A stretch of 49,183 nt of DNA from Verrucomicrobiales bacterium (GCA_031411295.1 JANOAV010000167.1:1-49183), one strand, 5' to 3'; counted from the first letter of the stretch, positions 38,617 through 48,812 are shown. The notes: a model not told the origin generated them from the letters alone. A program made the numbers and translations.

Positions 38617-40317
38617 ATGAAACTCACCCGACTGCTCATCACCTGTCTCGGAATCCTCTGCCAATCGGCAGCGATGGCTGCCAAGCCTAACATCATCATC
38701 ATCCTGTGCGATGATGTTGGTTATTCCGACATTGGTTGCTACGGGGGCGAAATCAAGACGCCAAACTTGGACAACCTGGCGCAAGGCGGCGTGCGCTTCA
38801 CGCAGTTCTATAACACGGCTCGTTGTTGTCCCACGCGGGCGGCATTGCTCACTGGGCTTTATGCGCATCAGGCGGGCATGGGGCACATGGCCGATGGACC
38901 GAAACCCACGGAAGCCTACGCGGGCGATTTGAGCAAAAAGTGCGTCACATTGGCCGAAGCCTTGAAGACTGCCGGCTATGCCACTTACATGGCGGGCAAA
39001 TGGCACGTGACCGATAAAGCAAAGGCCAAGAACGATGCGGAGAAATATAACTGGCCCCTGCAGCGAGGGTTCGATCGCTTCTACGGCACCATTCATGGGG
39101 CGGGTAGTTTCTTCGACCCAAACACGTTGGTGCGCGATAACACGTTCATTTCTCCACAGGCGGATCCAGAGTATCAGCCCAAGGAATTTTATTACACGGA
39201 TGCGCTCACTGATCACTCCGTGCGTTTCGTTAATGAGCATCAGCAGAAATCTCCCGAGCAGCCATTCTTCCTTTATCTGGCCTACACCGCCGCCCACTGG
39301 CCGCTGCATGCCAAGGAGGCGGACATCGCGAAATATCACGGCAAATACGACGCAGGCTATGAACCGATTCGCACCGCTCGTTTGGAGAAAATGAAGCAAC
39401 TGGGATTGCTGGATTCCCGCTGGCAGCCGGCACCGCTGGTGGGCGACTGGAGCAAGGTCAAAGACCAAGCATGGGAGTCCCGCTGCATGGAAGTTTATGC
39501 CGCCATGCTTGACTGCATGGACCAGGGCATCGGCCGCATCATCGCTGCCCTGAAAGCCAACGGACAGTTTGAGAATACGCTCATCCTTTATTTACAAGAC
39601 AATGGAGGATGCGCGGAAGGCATGAGCCGCAATGCCCCCTTCGTCGCCCGGGCGGAAGCCCTCACCCTGCCGCCCTTGGCGAAGGAGTATCTCCAGCCTG
39701 ACATGATCCCAAAACAAACTCGCGATGGCTACCCCATGCGCCAAGGCACTGGCGTGATGCCAGGCGCAGCTGATACCTATATTACTTATGGGCAGTCGTG
39801 GGCCAATGTTAGCAACACCCCGTTTCGCGAATACAAACATTGGCAACACGAAGGCGGCATCAGCACGCCGCTCATTGCTCATTGGCCCAAAGGCATCGCC
39901 AGCGAGCGTCAGGGAAAATTGGAATCACAGCCCGGGCATCTCATCGATGTCATGGCGACCTGCGTGGACGTAGCCGGCGTGACTTATCCCAAGGAACACC
40001 ACGGCCAATCGATTCAACCCATGGAAGGTGTCAGCCTGGCTCCCGCGCTAGCCGGAAAGCCCCTGCAGCGCCCGCAGCCCATCTTCTGGGAGCACGAAGG
40101 AAATCGCGCCATCCGTGACGGAGCGTGGAAGCTGGTCTCCAAGCACCCGGGCGACTGGGAACTCTACGATACCACCATCGATCGCACGGAAACCAACGAC
40201 CTCGCCACCAAGCAACCAGAGCGCGTGAAGAGCATGGCCGCCCAATGGGATGCCTGGGCGAAGCGCGTCGGCGTGCTGGCTTGGCCGCTGCCTACCAAAA
40301 AGGGCGGCACTCAGTAG
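38617..40317 (+). CDS. arylsulfatase (AtsA-like)
   Basis: PNIIIILCDDVG, RCCPTRAALLTG, GKWH, AHWPLHA and WANVSNTPFREYK. Confidence 0.95.
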   Translation: MKLTRLLITCLGILCQSAAMAAKPNIIIILCDDVGYSDIGCYGGEIKTPNLDNLAQGGVRFTQFYNTARCCPTRAALLTGLYAHQAGMGHMADGPKPTEAYAGDLSKKCVTLAEALKTAGYATYMAGKWHVTDKAKAKNDAEKYNWPLQRGFDRFYGTIHGAGSFFDPNTLVRDNTFISPQADPEYQPKEFYYTDALTDHSVRFVNEHQQKSPEQPFFLYLAYTAAHWPLHAKEADIAKYHGKYDAGYEPIRTARLEKMKQLGLLDSRWQPAPLVGDWSKVKDQAWESRCMEVYAAMLDCMDQGIGRIIAALKANGQFENTLILYLQDNGGCAEGMSRNAPFVARAEALTLPPLAKEYLQPDMIPKQTRDGYPMRQGTGVMPGAADTYITYGQSWANVSNTPFREYKHWQHEGGISTPLIAHWPKGIASERQGKLESQPGHLIDVMATCVDVAGVTYPKEHHGQSIQPMEGVSLAPALAGKPLQRPQPIFWEHEGNRAIRDGAWKLVSKHPGDWELYDTTIDRTETNDLATKQPERVKSMAAQWDAWAKRVGVLAWPLPTKKGGTQ

Positions 40318-40379
40318 GGTGAGACGGGCGTGTTGTGATTCTTGGTCATCGAGGGACGAATGCAACTCTGCGGGTTCGC

Positions 40380-40446
40380 CTCGGCATTGGAATACCAAGC
40401 TACGTAGCGCGACATTCCAATGTCGCGATGGCGGGCGCCCCCCTAC
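40380..40446. repeat. GTAG-type REP-like palindromes, back to back
   Basis: GTAG-CGCGACATT-CC-AATGTCGCG on + from 40404. GTAG-CTTGGTATT-CC-AATGCCGAG on - from 40403. A further CCCCCTAC end occurs at 40446. Confidence 0.65.
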
Positions 40447-40500
40447 TGCGGGGCTGTGATAGCGATCGAGCGTGGGCACCTCGACCAAAATTGCCAAGCC

Positions 40501-40527
40501 CTTTGCGTTCCTTGCGTTCTTTTGCGG
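40501..40527. repeat. degenerate 9-bp tandem repeat
   Basis: CTTTGCGTT CCTTGCGTT CTTTTGCGG, intergenic. Confidence 0.55.
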
Positions 40528-40708
40528 CCATCACTCGGAAATGAATCTGCGCTGAGGTCGTTTCGCTTTGTTTTCGGCCGACATTTCACCCTGCAATACT
40601 CAACCCCAAAGAGGTCCACCCTCGGGAGTTTTTTTGATGACAAAAGGCTAATAACAGCCAGTCTGTGTGCGTTCTCATCTTGATTTACCCAGCCCTAAGC
40701 CACCCGCC

Positions 40709-42004
40709 ATGAATTTTAACTGTCCTTCTTGCAAAATGTTGCTCCAAGCTCCACCCCAGGCTTCGGGCCGGGTGGTGAACTGTCCGGGATGTGGGACCGG
40801 GATTCGGATTCCTATTTCACCCAACGCGGCTGGCCCCCTGGCCGGTAGTTCCCCGAAAGCTGGCAGACCGGGGAAACCCTCCAAGCGACTGGATCCCTCC
40901 GGCACCGGCGTGGGCGCTTGGATCAGCATGGGCTGGGGCGTGCTGGGCACGGTCGTCATAGTGCTCATGCTCCTGCCATTTCAAAAAACCTTTTTGGGCG
41001 ATGTGTTTTTCTCCGGCGGTTGGGTGAACTGTGCGGAGTTGTTTCTCTTCTGTTGGGGGATGGCGATTCTGGCGCTGAAGACCCGGAAAACGCGTCGCCA
41101 GGGTGACGCGCTGTTACTGGACGTCCTGCCACACAACCTGGGAGAGGAGATCAACCACGAGAACGTTGATGTCTTTCTGAATAACATTTATCAACTACCG
41201 CCCCGAGCGCGGGAGAGTTTGATGGTAGCGCGAATTCAGAATGGACTGGAGGTGTTTCAAGGTCGGGGAAATAATGCGGAAGTGGCCTCGTTCCTTTCCT
41301 CCCAATCCGATGTGGATGCCAACCGCATCACGGGCACCTACTCCTTGTTGAAAGTATTTCTGTGGTCGATCCCCATTCTGGGCTTCATTGGAACGGTGTT
41401 AGGGCTTTCCATCGCCATGCAGAATTTTGGCAGCGCGGATCTGGCCGATATGGCGCAGTTGAAAAAATCCGTCTCCGACATCACGGGCGGTCTGGCCACC
41501 GCCTTCAATACCACCCTGCTGGGATTGATCCTGAGCATGATTCTGATGTTCCCCATGAGTGCCATGCAGAAGCGGGAGGACGACATGCTTACGGATATCG
41601 ATGCCTTTTGCAGCGGCATTTTACTAACCCGATTAAATGATGGCGCAGCCGCTGGCAGCAGTGGTGCCAATACGCCGCCGCAGGAATGGATGGAGCAGAT
41701 CCTCCTGCGTCAGGGCGAGTTCCTTGAAACGTTAATTAATCACACCAGCAGCATGAAAGAGGTGGCGGAAGCTTTGGAGCAGCGCTCTGAACAGCATCAG
41801 CAAGTGGTGCAGGATGCCTTCCACAAGAGCGTCGAGAAACTGACGGAGACCTCCAGCAAGGCTATCGCGGAGAATGTCAAAGCCACGGGAGCCTATTTCA
41901 ATGCGCTCAAAGACGGCCTGGGTGGCTTGAACGAGGTCCTCAAGGACTTGGGTGAGAAACAGGTGGTCATTCAACAGAAAAAGAAGGGCTGGTTCGGCTC
42001 TTAG
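40709..42004 (+). CDS. MotA/TolQ/ExbB proton-channel family protein with an N-terminal zinc ribbon and C-terminal helical tail
   Basis: CPSC...CPGC, TM motifs IPILGFIGTVLGL and GLATAFNTTLLGL. ATG 40709 preferred. Confidence 0.88.
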   Translation: MNFNCPSCKMLLQAPPQASGRVVNCPGCGTGIRIPISPNAAGPLAGSSPKAGRPGKPSKRLDPSGTGVGAWISMGWGVLGTVVIVLMLLPFQKTFLGDVFFSGGWVNCAELFLFCWGMAILALKTRKTRRQGDALLLDVLPHNLGEEINHENVDVFLNNIYQLPPRARESLMVARIQNGLEVFQGRGNNAEVASFLSSQSDVDANRITGTYSLLKVFLWSIPILGFIGTVLGLSIAMQNFGSADLADMAQLKKSVSDITGGLATAFNTTLLGLILSMILMFPMSAMQKREDDMLTDIDAFCSGILLTRLNDGAAAGSSGANTPPQEWMEQILLRQGEFLETLINHTSSMKEVAEALEQRSEQHQQVVQDAFHKSVEKLTETSSKAIAENVKATGAYFNALKDGLGGLNEVLKDLGEKQVVIQQKKKGWFGS

Positions 42005-42019
42005 GTTCCTTTCCACCTC

Positions 42020-42841
42020 ATGGCCCGACGCACCGCCAACGCCCCGGAGATCTCTCTGTTCCCCTTTCTCAGCATCCTGGTTTGCGTGATTGGGGCGCTG
42101 GTGCTGTTGATTGTGGTGATGACCCTGGCGCAGTCGAAATCCGCCGAAGGTCGCACCCCGGAAGAAATGCAGCGAGCCACCCAATATCAAATTCTTGCCC
42201 ATCAACTGGAACAGGCGCAGGCGGAGCTTAAACGCTTGGAAACAGAATCCGGAGCCGCCGGCAAGCTGCTGGCTGAACTGACGAAACAGCAGGCACTACT
42301 GCTGACATTGCAGAAAGATTTCGCTGCGCTGGCACCCGACCAGCCACCAAAGGAGACGGATGCTGAGTTGCAGAAGCGCCTGGAGCTGGCGGTGGCGCAA
42401 TTGATGGCGATGGCGAAAGAGAAACCCGCCCTGGAAAAGGAATTGGCGAAGCTCGAGGCTGACTTGGCCGCTCAACAAAAGAAGTTGACCGCTCCCCCAC
42501 CCTTGATCGTGCAGCCGGGTGGCAGTGGCGTGGCCAAGAATGCGAATCTCTATTTCGTCGAAGCTGGCGGCGGTGGCATTGCCTTGCATGAGAAGGGCCA
42601 GCCGCCGACGCGCATCACCAATGCCAGCATCGGCAAGGATGAGGTGCTCAACAAGTTTTTCCTCAACCTCCAGAAGGATCCCAAAGCCATGGTGCTCTTC
42701 CTGATTCGTGAGGACGGTAACGGCAGTTATTTTCTTGCCGCCGGACTGGCAGAAAACACCTTCAAACTCCGCACCGGAAAATTGCCCCTGCCAGGACGAG
42801 GCGAGGTGGATCTAACGAAATTTGGCTTCCCCAAAAATTAA
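42020..42841 (+). CDS. ExbD/TolR-like single-TM protein with coiled coil
   Basis: MARR...EISLFPFLSILVCVIGALVLLIVV, a coiled coil, and C-terminal VLFLIREDG. Adjacent to the ExbB-like gene. Confidence 0.7.
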   Translation: MARRTANAPEISLFPFLSILVCVIGALVLLIVVMTLAQSKSAEGRTPEEMQRATQYQILAHQLEQAQAELKRLETESGAAGKLLAELTKQQALLLTLQKDFAALAPDQPPKETDAELQKRLELAVAQLMAMAKEKPALEKELAKLEADLAAQQKKLTAPPPLIVQPGGSGVAKNANLYFVEAGGGGIALHEKGQPPTRITNASIGKDEVLNKFFLNLQKDPKAMVLFLIREDGNGSYFLAAGLAENTFKLRTGKLPLPGRGEVDLTKFGFPKN

Positions 42842-42847
42842 CCGAAC

Positions 42848-43942
42848 ATGGCCCGCAGACTCAACCAGAATACGGAAGCAGCGAATATGGATTCGCTGAT
42901 GGACACGTTGACCAACGTCGTGGCCATCCTGGTGTTCATCTTGATCATGGTCCAGATCAACACCTCTCGCTCCGTCAAGAAGATGCTGGATGATTTGCCG
43001 GTGGTTAGCGCAGAAGAGCTAGCAAAAAAGGAGGCGGAGACGAAAGCCGCTCAGGCGGCCTTGGCCAAACTACAGGATGAACTAAAACATGCCGATCCCG
43101 TGGCGGCTGAGCGAGCGCTCAAGAGCACGGCCGATGAACTACTAGCCCTGCAAAGTAAGAAAACCAAGACCGAAGCGGCCCTGATCGCCAAAGGAGCGCT
43201 GGAGCAGGAATGGACCAAACGTGCCGCTGAGTTGGCGAAGCTGAAACAGGAGATGGATCAATTGTTGGCACGACGCGAAGCCCTGTTAGCCAGCCTGCAA
43301 GGTGCGTCCCAACAGAAACCTGCCGCCGCCAAGGTGGTGAACATTCCCAACGCCCGTCCTTTGCCGGAAGCGGCCAAGAAGCAGATTTTCCTGACGGCCA
43401 ATCAGCGGATTTATTCCGTTAGCGAAGAAGAGGTCATCAAGCTGGCCCTGCAGGAAATCCGGTTGGCGCAAGCCAGCTTGAAACCAGAACGCGTCCAGCG
43501 GGGTGGCAAATCCGAACCCATCTACGATCAGAATAAACTCAGCGATCTATTCACGGCCCGCCGACTCGCCACCAAGGAGTTCGATCTTTCCCTGCCGCTC
43601 AATCCACCCTGGACCCGCATGGCGCTGAAGCTGACCCCACGTCCTAACACAGGCGATCCGATTGAGAAAATGACCCAGATCAATTCCCAATTCCAAACGA
43701 CACTGCGAGACCTCCGCTCCAAACCGAACGCCGTGGCCTGGTTCCTGGTCATGCCGGATTCATTCGAAGTCTATCTCCAGGCACGTCAGATTACGGAGGC
43801 CGCAGGCCTGCCCGCAGGCTGGCAAATCGTGAGCGAGCCCGCCCATCGGATCGCGCTGAACGACGTCGAAGTGAAGAACCTCGTGGCACCACCAGAGGCG
43901 AATCCGGATGCCATCCCGCCACCGAAGCAGGGGTTGGACTAA
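42848..43942 (+). CDS. second ExbD/TolR-like single-TM protein with coiled coil
   Basis: MARR...NMDSLMDTLTNVVAILVFILI, a coiled coil, and C-terminal WFLVMPDSF...AGLPAGW. Confidence 0.7.
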   Translation: MARRLNQNTEAANMDSLMDTLTNVVAILVFILIMVQINTSRSVKKMLDDLPVVSAEELAKKEAETKAAQAALAKLQDELKHADPVAAERALKSTADELLALQSKKTKTEAALIAKGALEQEWTKRAAELAKLKQEMDQLLARREALLASLQGASQQKPAAAKVVNIPNARPLPEAAKKQIFLTANQRIYSVSEEEVIKLALQEIRLAQASLKPERVQRGGKSEPIYDQNKLSDLFTARRLATKEFDLSLPLNPPWTRMALKLTPRPNTGDPIEKMTQINSQFQTTLRDLRSKPNAVAWFLVMPDSFEVYLQARQITEAAGLPAGWQIVSEPAHRIALNDVEVKNLVAPPEANPDAIPPPKQGLD

Positions 43943-43948
43943 TGGTTA

Positions 43949-45361
43949 CTACCATTCACCACCAAGCGCTTTGATGAGGGCGATGGTGGCATTGAGACGG
44001 CGGACGCGGAGATCGATGGCAGTGCGTTCGGCGGCTTGGGCGGTGGCCTGAGCGGTGGCGACGTTAATGTAGCTCAGCGTTCCGGCGGCGTATTGATTTT
44101 TGGCGATGCGCTCGCTTTCGCGCGCAGCTTTGACGGCCCCGTCCTGCACGGCGGCCACTTGTTCCAAGATCCGCAGGGTGGCCAGGGCATCTTCGGCTTC
44201 CTGCATGGCGGTTAGCACGGTTTGCCGATAGTTGGCCACGGTTTCCTTCCAGGAGGCATCGGCCTGGGCTTTGGCCGCTAGACGCTGCCCACTGTCCAAC
44301 AGAGGCGTGGCCGCATCCGCGCCCAGAGACCAGAATTGGTTGGCTTTGGAAAACAAGTCGGCCAGCCCACGCCAGCCACCATCGGCACTCAGGGTTAGGG
44401 CAGGGAAGAAGGCCGCTCTGGCCGCACCGATACGTTCGTTGGCCGCAGCGACGCGACGTTCCTCCGCAGCAATGTCGGGGCGGCGTTGCAGCACGGTGGA
44501 GGGAGTGCCGGAGGGCGGCTGCGGGATTTTCGCAGTAAGTGGAGCGGATTTCAAACTGTAGGCTGCCGGAGGTTGTCCGGTTAGGGCTGCCAACGAGTGT
44601 TCCAGCGTCGCCCGGGTGACGCCCAGTTCAATCAATGTCGCCCGCGTCGTGGCTAGTTGCGTTTCTGCCTGCGCCACGTCCGCCTTGGAGGCGATGCCCT
44701 GCACTTCGCGATTTTTCGTCAGCTCCAGGGATTTTCCATAGCTGGCGACTTCATTGGTTAGCAACTGTTGTTGCGCATCGGTGGCCCGCAGCGAGAAATA
44801 GGCCGTGGCAGCTTGGGATTGCAGGCTGAGCTTGGTGGATTCCAGATCCGCCAAAGCAGCTTGCGCATCGGCGGTGGCGGCCCGCGCGCCATGGCGCAGG
44901 CGGCCCCAGAGATCGATTTCCCAACTGGCGTTACCGGAAACGGAACGGGTTTCTTTACGCGTCCCCACTGAATTCACGAAATTACGCGACGATCCGCCAG
45001 CGGAGCCCGACTTGTTTTCCGTGTCGGACGCATTCACGCCTGCGGTGGGCAGGAAAGCCAGCTTGGCGGACTTGAGCAAGGCCGCAGTCTGTTCCGCCCG
45101 GGCCGCTGCGGCTTGCAGCGATTGATTGGAAACTTCCACCCGCTGGAGGATGGCATTCAGTTCACTGTCGCCAAACACTCGCCACCAATCGCCCCGCGCT
45201 TGATGATCCGCCGGAGCCGCTAGTTTCCAGCCAGCCGACTCTTTAAAATTCGGCGGCAACTCCATGGCCGGAGCTTGCGACTTGGGCGTGAAATTACAGC
45301 TACTCAGCGGAGCAACGATAACGATAAGAATGAGGATGGGGATTAAGGCAAGACGAGGCAT
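43949..45361 (-). CDS. efflux outer membrane factor lipoprotein (NodT/OprM family)
   Basis: Lipobox-like LSSC, DWWRVFGD, SWEIDLWGR, RRPDIAAEER and LIKALGGEW. Confidence 0.93.
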   Translation of the reverse strand: MPRLALIPILILIVIVAPLSSCNFTPKSQAPAMELPPNFKESAGWKLAAPADHQARGDWWRVFGDSELNAILQRVEVSNQSLQAAAARAEQTAALLKSAKLAFLPTAGVNASDTENKSGSAGGSSRNFVNSVGTRKETRSVSGNASWEIDLWGRLRHGARAATADAQAALADLESTKLSLQSQAATAYFSLRATDAQQQLLTNEVASYGKSLELTKNREVQGIASKADVAQAETQLATTRATLIELGVTRATLEHSLAALTGQPPAAYSLKSAPLTAKIPQPPSGTPSTVLQRRPDIAAEERRVAAANERIGAARAAFFPALTLSADGGWRGLADLFSKANQFWSLGADAATPLLDSGQRLAAKAQADASWKETVANYRQTVLTAMQEAEDALATLRILEQVAAVQDGAVKAARESERIAKNQYAAGTLSYINVATAQATAQAAERTAIDLRVRRLNATIALIKALGGEW

Positions 45362-45465
45362 CGGTGATCCGTAAGGCAGAAATCTTCAGGCTCAACTCAC
45401 AAAGCATGGGCTGGTCCATACGCACGGGCGCATGGTCGGCAGTTCCAGACTTCAACCCTTCTGGA

Positions 45466-48400
45466 TTACGTTGCCGGAGCCAGCGCGAGTGGTCGCCATT
45501 TCTTGGTGAAGCGCACGCGCAGGCCATCGAGGAATAAATAAACGATGGGCGTGGTATAGAGCGTGAGGATTTGGCTGACGATTAATCCGCCGACCACCGC
45601 CACCCCGAGCGGGCGGCGGAGTTCGGAGCCCGGACCTTCTCCCAACATGAGCGGCAGTGCTCCCAGCAGGGCGGCACAGGTGGTCATCAGGATAGGCCTC
45701 AGCCGCAACATGCAGGCTTCGAAAATGGCGTCGCGCGAACTCAAGCCACGTTCGCGCTCAGCCTGCAGGGCGAAGTCGATCATCATGATGGCGTTCTTTT
45801 TCACGATCCCGATGAGGAGGAACACGCCGATCAGAGCCATGAGGCTAAACTCCATACCAAAGACCCATAACGCGATCAACGCTCCCAAACCCGCAGACGG
45901 CAGCGTGGAAAGGATCGTCAGCGGATGCAGGAAGCTTTCGTAGAGAATCCCCAGCACCAAATAAATCACCATGAGCGCACCCAGGATCAACCAAGGCTGG
46001 CTGTTCATGGAAGCCTGGAAGGCACTGGCACTGCCGGCAAATTGGCACTGCACCGCTTCGGGGACGCCGAGTTGCACCACGGCCCGGGTGATGGCATCCG
46101 CCGCATCACCAAAGGCCACCCCGGGCATGAGATTGAACGAAATGGTGGAAGCGGCAAATTGCCCCTGGTGATTTACCGAGAGCGGTGCGGGGGTCGTTTC
46201 CCAGCGCGCTAACTGGTCCAGCGGGACGAGATTTCCCGCCGCACCCCGCACCATGACCTGCTGAAAGGCGCTGGGATCCTCCGATTCAGCGCCCTGCAGG
46301 ACGACGCGATATTGATTCAGCGGAGCATAGATGGTGGACACCATGCGTTGACCGAAGGCGCTGTTGAGCGCGGAATCGATCGACTGCATGCTGACACCGA
46401 CTTGAGCCGCGGCATCCCGATTGATGATAAGCTTCGTGAGTGATCCCTTGTCTTGGAAATCACTGTTTACATCCGTGATCAGGCTAATGCCCAGCATGGC
46501 TTGGCGCACTTTCGGTTCCCAGAGCCTCAGGTCATTGAGATCGCTGGCCTGCATGGTGTATTGGTAGAGCGATTTACTGGAGCGCCCACCGATCTTCAGA
46601 TCGGAACCCGGGGAAAGATAGAGACTGCCGCCCGGGGTTTTGCCTAACTTTTCGCGCAGGCGGGCTTGGATGACATCGATGGAATCACGCTCGGAGGCGG
46701 GTTTGAGCGCCACGAAGACACTGCCGCCATTCTTGGGACCACCCATGAACGTGCCGCCGCCAGTGCTGGCACTGATGCTGGATACCGCCGGATCCTCCTG
46801 CACCACCTTGGCAATGGCCTGCACCTTATCCCGCATGGCGCGGAACGAAATGCTTTGGTCAGCCCCAATCCCACCGTAGAGCATGCCGGTGTCCTGCGAA
46901 GGAAAAAAACCTTTGGGCAGTTCCACATAAAGATAGGCGGCCAGCACGCCGGTGCCGAAGAACATCATGAGCGTGACCCAACGCCAGCGCAAAGCCCCCC
47001 GCAGCGTTTGGCCATAGAACCGCTGAATCCAACGGAATGCATCATCCGACCATTGGGCCAGCCGACCGGGCGGGCGCTCGTCTTTTTTGCTGCTCAGCAT
47101 CCGGGCGCACATCATCGGCGTGGTGGTCAGGGACACCACCAACGATACCGCAATCGCAGCGCTGAGGACGACGGCAAATTCCCGGAATAACATCCCCAGC
47201 AAGCCACCCATAAAGAGAATCGGAATGAACACCGCAATCAGGGAGATACTCATGGAAATCACCGTGAACGTCACCTCGCGCGTGCCCCGACGAGCCGCCT
47301 CGCGCACCGGCACCCCATTTTCCACGTGCCGGGTAATGTTTTCCAGCACCACCACCGCATCATCCACCACGAATCCCGTGGAAATGGTGAGGGCCATGAG
47401 GGAAAGATTGTCCAAACTATAACCGCAAAGATACATCACCCCAAACGTGCCTAACAACGAAACCGGCACCGCCACCCCGGGAATAATTGTGGCGCGGAAC
47501 CGCCGCAGAAACGCAAACACTACGAGGATCACCAGCACCGTGGCAATGACGAGTGATCGCTGCACATCCGCCACCGCAGCTTTGATGGTGATGGTGCGCT
47601 CCATCGTGATCGCCAGATCCATATTGGCTGGCGTCATCGCTTTGAGGCGTGGCATCATTCCGCGAATTTTATCTACCACCTCGATCATGTTAGCACCAGC
47701 CTGGCGGAAAATGACCAGGGACACCGAAGTCTTGCCATTGGAAGTGCCGTAGTTATAGGGATCCTGCACCCCATCGGTGATCTCTCCCAAATCTCCCAGC
47801 CGCAGAGCCGCTCCGTTTTTATAACTCACGATCACCTTTTGGTATTCGGCAGCGGTGGAGAGTTGATCGCTCGCCACCACTTGCCAGCGGCGGTCCCCGT
47901 CCTCGATCACCCCCTTGGGCCGATTCACGTTGGCGCTCGTAATGCTGGTGCGCACATCGTCCAGCGTCAGTCCGGAGCGCGTTAGGGCCGGCAAATTCAT
48001 CGAAGCGCGCACCGCCGGCAGCGAACTCCCGCCCACACTGACATTGCCCACGCCATCCACTTGGGACAGTTTCTGGGCGATGATCGTGGAGGCGACATCA
48101 TACATTTCTCCTGGCGTGGCCACGTCAGAAGTCAGCACCATAATGAGAATGGGCGAGTCAGCGGGATTGGATTTGCGGTAACTGGGGTTGCTGGGCATCC
48201 CCGTAGGGAGCAGGGCCCGTGCCGCATTGATTCCGGCTTGGACGTCGCGCGCGGCACTATTGCTGTCCCGGTCCATCTCAAACTGCAGGGTCACCCGCGT
48301 GCTCCCGGCAGAGGAATACGAAGTGATCTCCGTCACCCCGGCAATGCGTCCCAGCGTCCGCTCCAACGGCGTCGCCACCGTCGAGGCCATTGTCTCCGGA

Positions 48401-48564
48401 TTGGCTCCCGGCAGCGAGGCCGAGACCGAGATCGTCGGAAAGTCCACCTGCGGCAACGAGGCCACCGGAAGCTGGAAATAAGCCAGCGCACCAGCCAATG
48501 CCACCGCCAGCGTGGCCAGGATCGTGGCCACGGGACGTGCGATGAAAATGTCCGTTAGGTTCAT
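45466..48564 (-). CDS. RND efflux permease, MdtC-like
   Basis: FIARPVAT, LPQVDFPTI, TGFVVDDAVVVLENI, GIVKKNAIMMIDFA and RLRPILMTT. 1032 aa. Confidence 0.93.
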   Translation of the reverse strand: MNLTDIFIARPVATILATLAVALAGALAYFQLPVASLPQVDFPTISVSASLPGANPETMASTVATPLERTLGRIAGVTEITSYSSAGSTRVTLQFEMDRDSNSAARDVQAGINAARALLPTGMPSNPSYRKSNPADSPILIMVLTSDVATPGEMYDVASTIIAQKLSQVDGVGNVSVGGSSLPAVRASMNLPALTRSGLTLDDVRTSITSANVNRPKGVIEDGDRRWQVVASDQLSTAAEYQKVIVSYKNGAALRLGDLGEITDGVQDPYNYGTSNGKTSVSLVIFRQAGANMIEVVDKIRGMMPRLKAMTPANMDLAITMERTITIKAAVADVQRSLVIATVLVILVVFAFLRRFRATIIPGVAVPVSLLGTFGVMYLCGYSLDNLSLMALTISTGFVVDDAVVVLENITRHVENGVPVREAARRGTREVTFTVISMSISLIAVFIPILFMGGLLGMLFREFAVVLSAAIAVSLVVSLTTTPMMCARMLSSKKDERPPGRLAQWSDDAFRWIQRFYGQTLRGALRWRWVTLMMFFGTGVLAAYLYVELPKGFFPSQDTGMLYGGIGADQSISFRAMRDKVQAIAKVVQEDPAVSSISASTGGGTFMGGPKNGGSVFVALKPASERDSIDVIQARLREKLGKTPGGSLYLSPGSDLKIGGRSSKSLYQYTMQASDLNDLRLWEPKVRQAMLGISLITDVNSDFQDKGSLTKLIINRDAAAQVGVSMQSIDSALNSAFGQRMVSTIYAPLNQYRVVLQGAESEDPSAFQQVMVRGAAGNLVPLDQLARWETTPAPLSVNHQGQFAASTISFNLMPGVAFGDAADAITRAVVQLGVPEAVQCQFAGSASAFQASMNSQPWLILGALMVIYLVLGILYESFLHPLTILSTLPSAGLGALIALWVFGMEFSLMALIGVFLLIGIVKKNAIMMIDFALQAERERGLSSRDAIFEACMLRLRPILMTTCAALLGALPLMLGEGPGSELRRPLGVAVVGGLIVSQILTLYTTPIVYLFLDGLRVRFTKKWRPLALAPAT

Positions 48565-48812
48565 AGGAGGTTGACTATCACTGCGAGCCCAGAAAGCATC
48601 CGCAGTCCGATGCGGTAGGCAATGAACAGGGCCTAAGCAATAGGCAAATTACCCTCGTCTTGGTAGCGCATCCCTCGAACCCCATGGCCCCCGGCTCCAG
48701 AATGCAACGAGCCTCCGCAGGGGATTCGTCATTCCGGCCACCTCACCCTCCCCACCTCTAGGACTTACGAATAACGCTCCGGGACTTGCCCTATCCCAGC
48801 TAATCCAGCGGA

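Noticed and set aside
40709..43942. Zorya anti-phage system
   Set aside because: The partners lack an OmpA-like peptidoglycan-binding domain, and no ZorC/D/E-like genes are adjacent.
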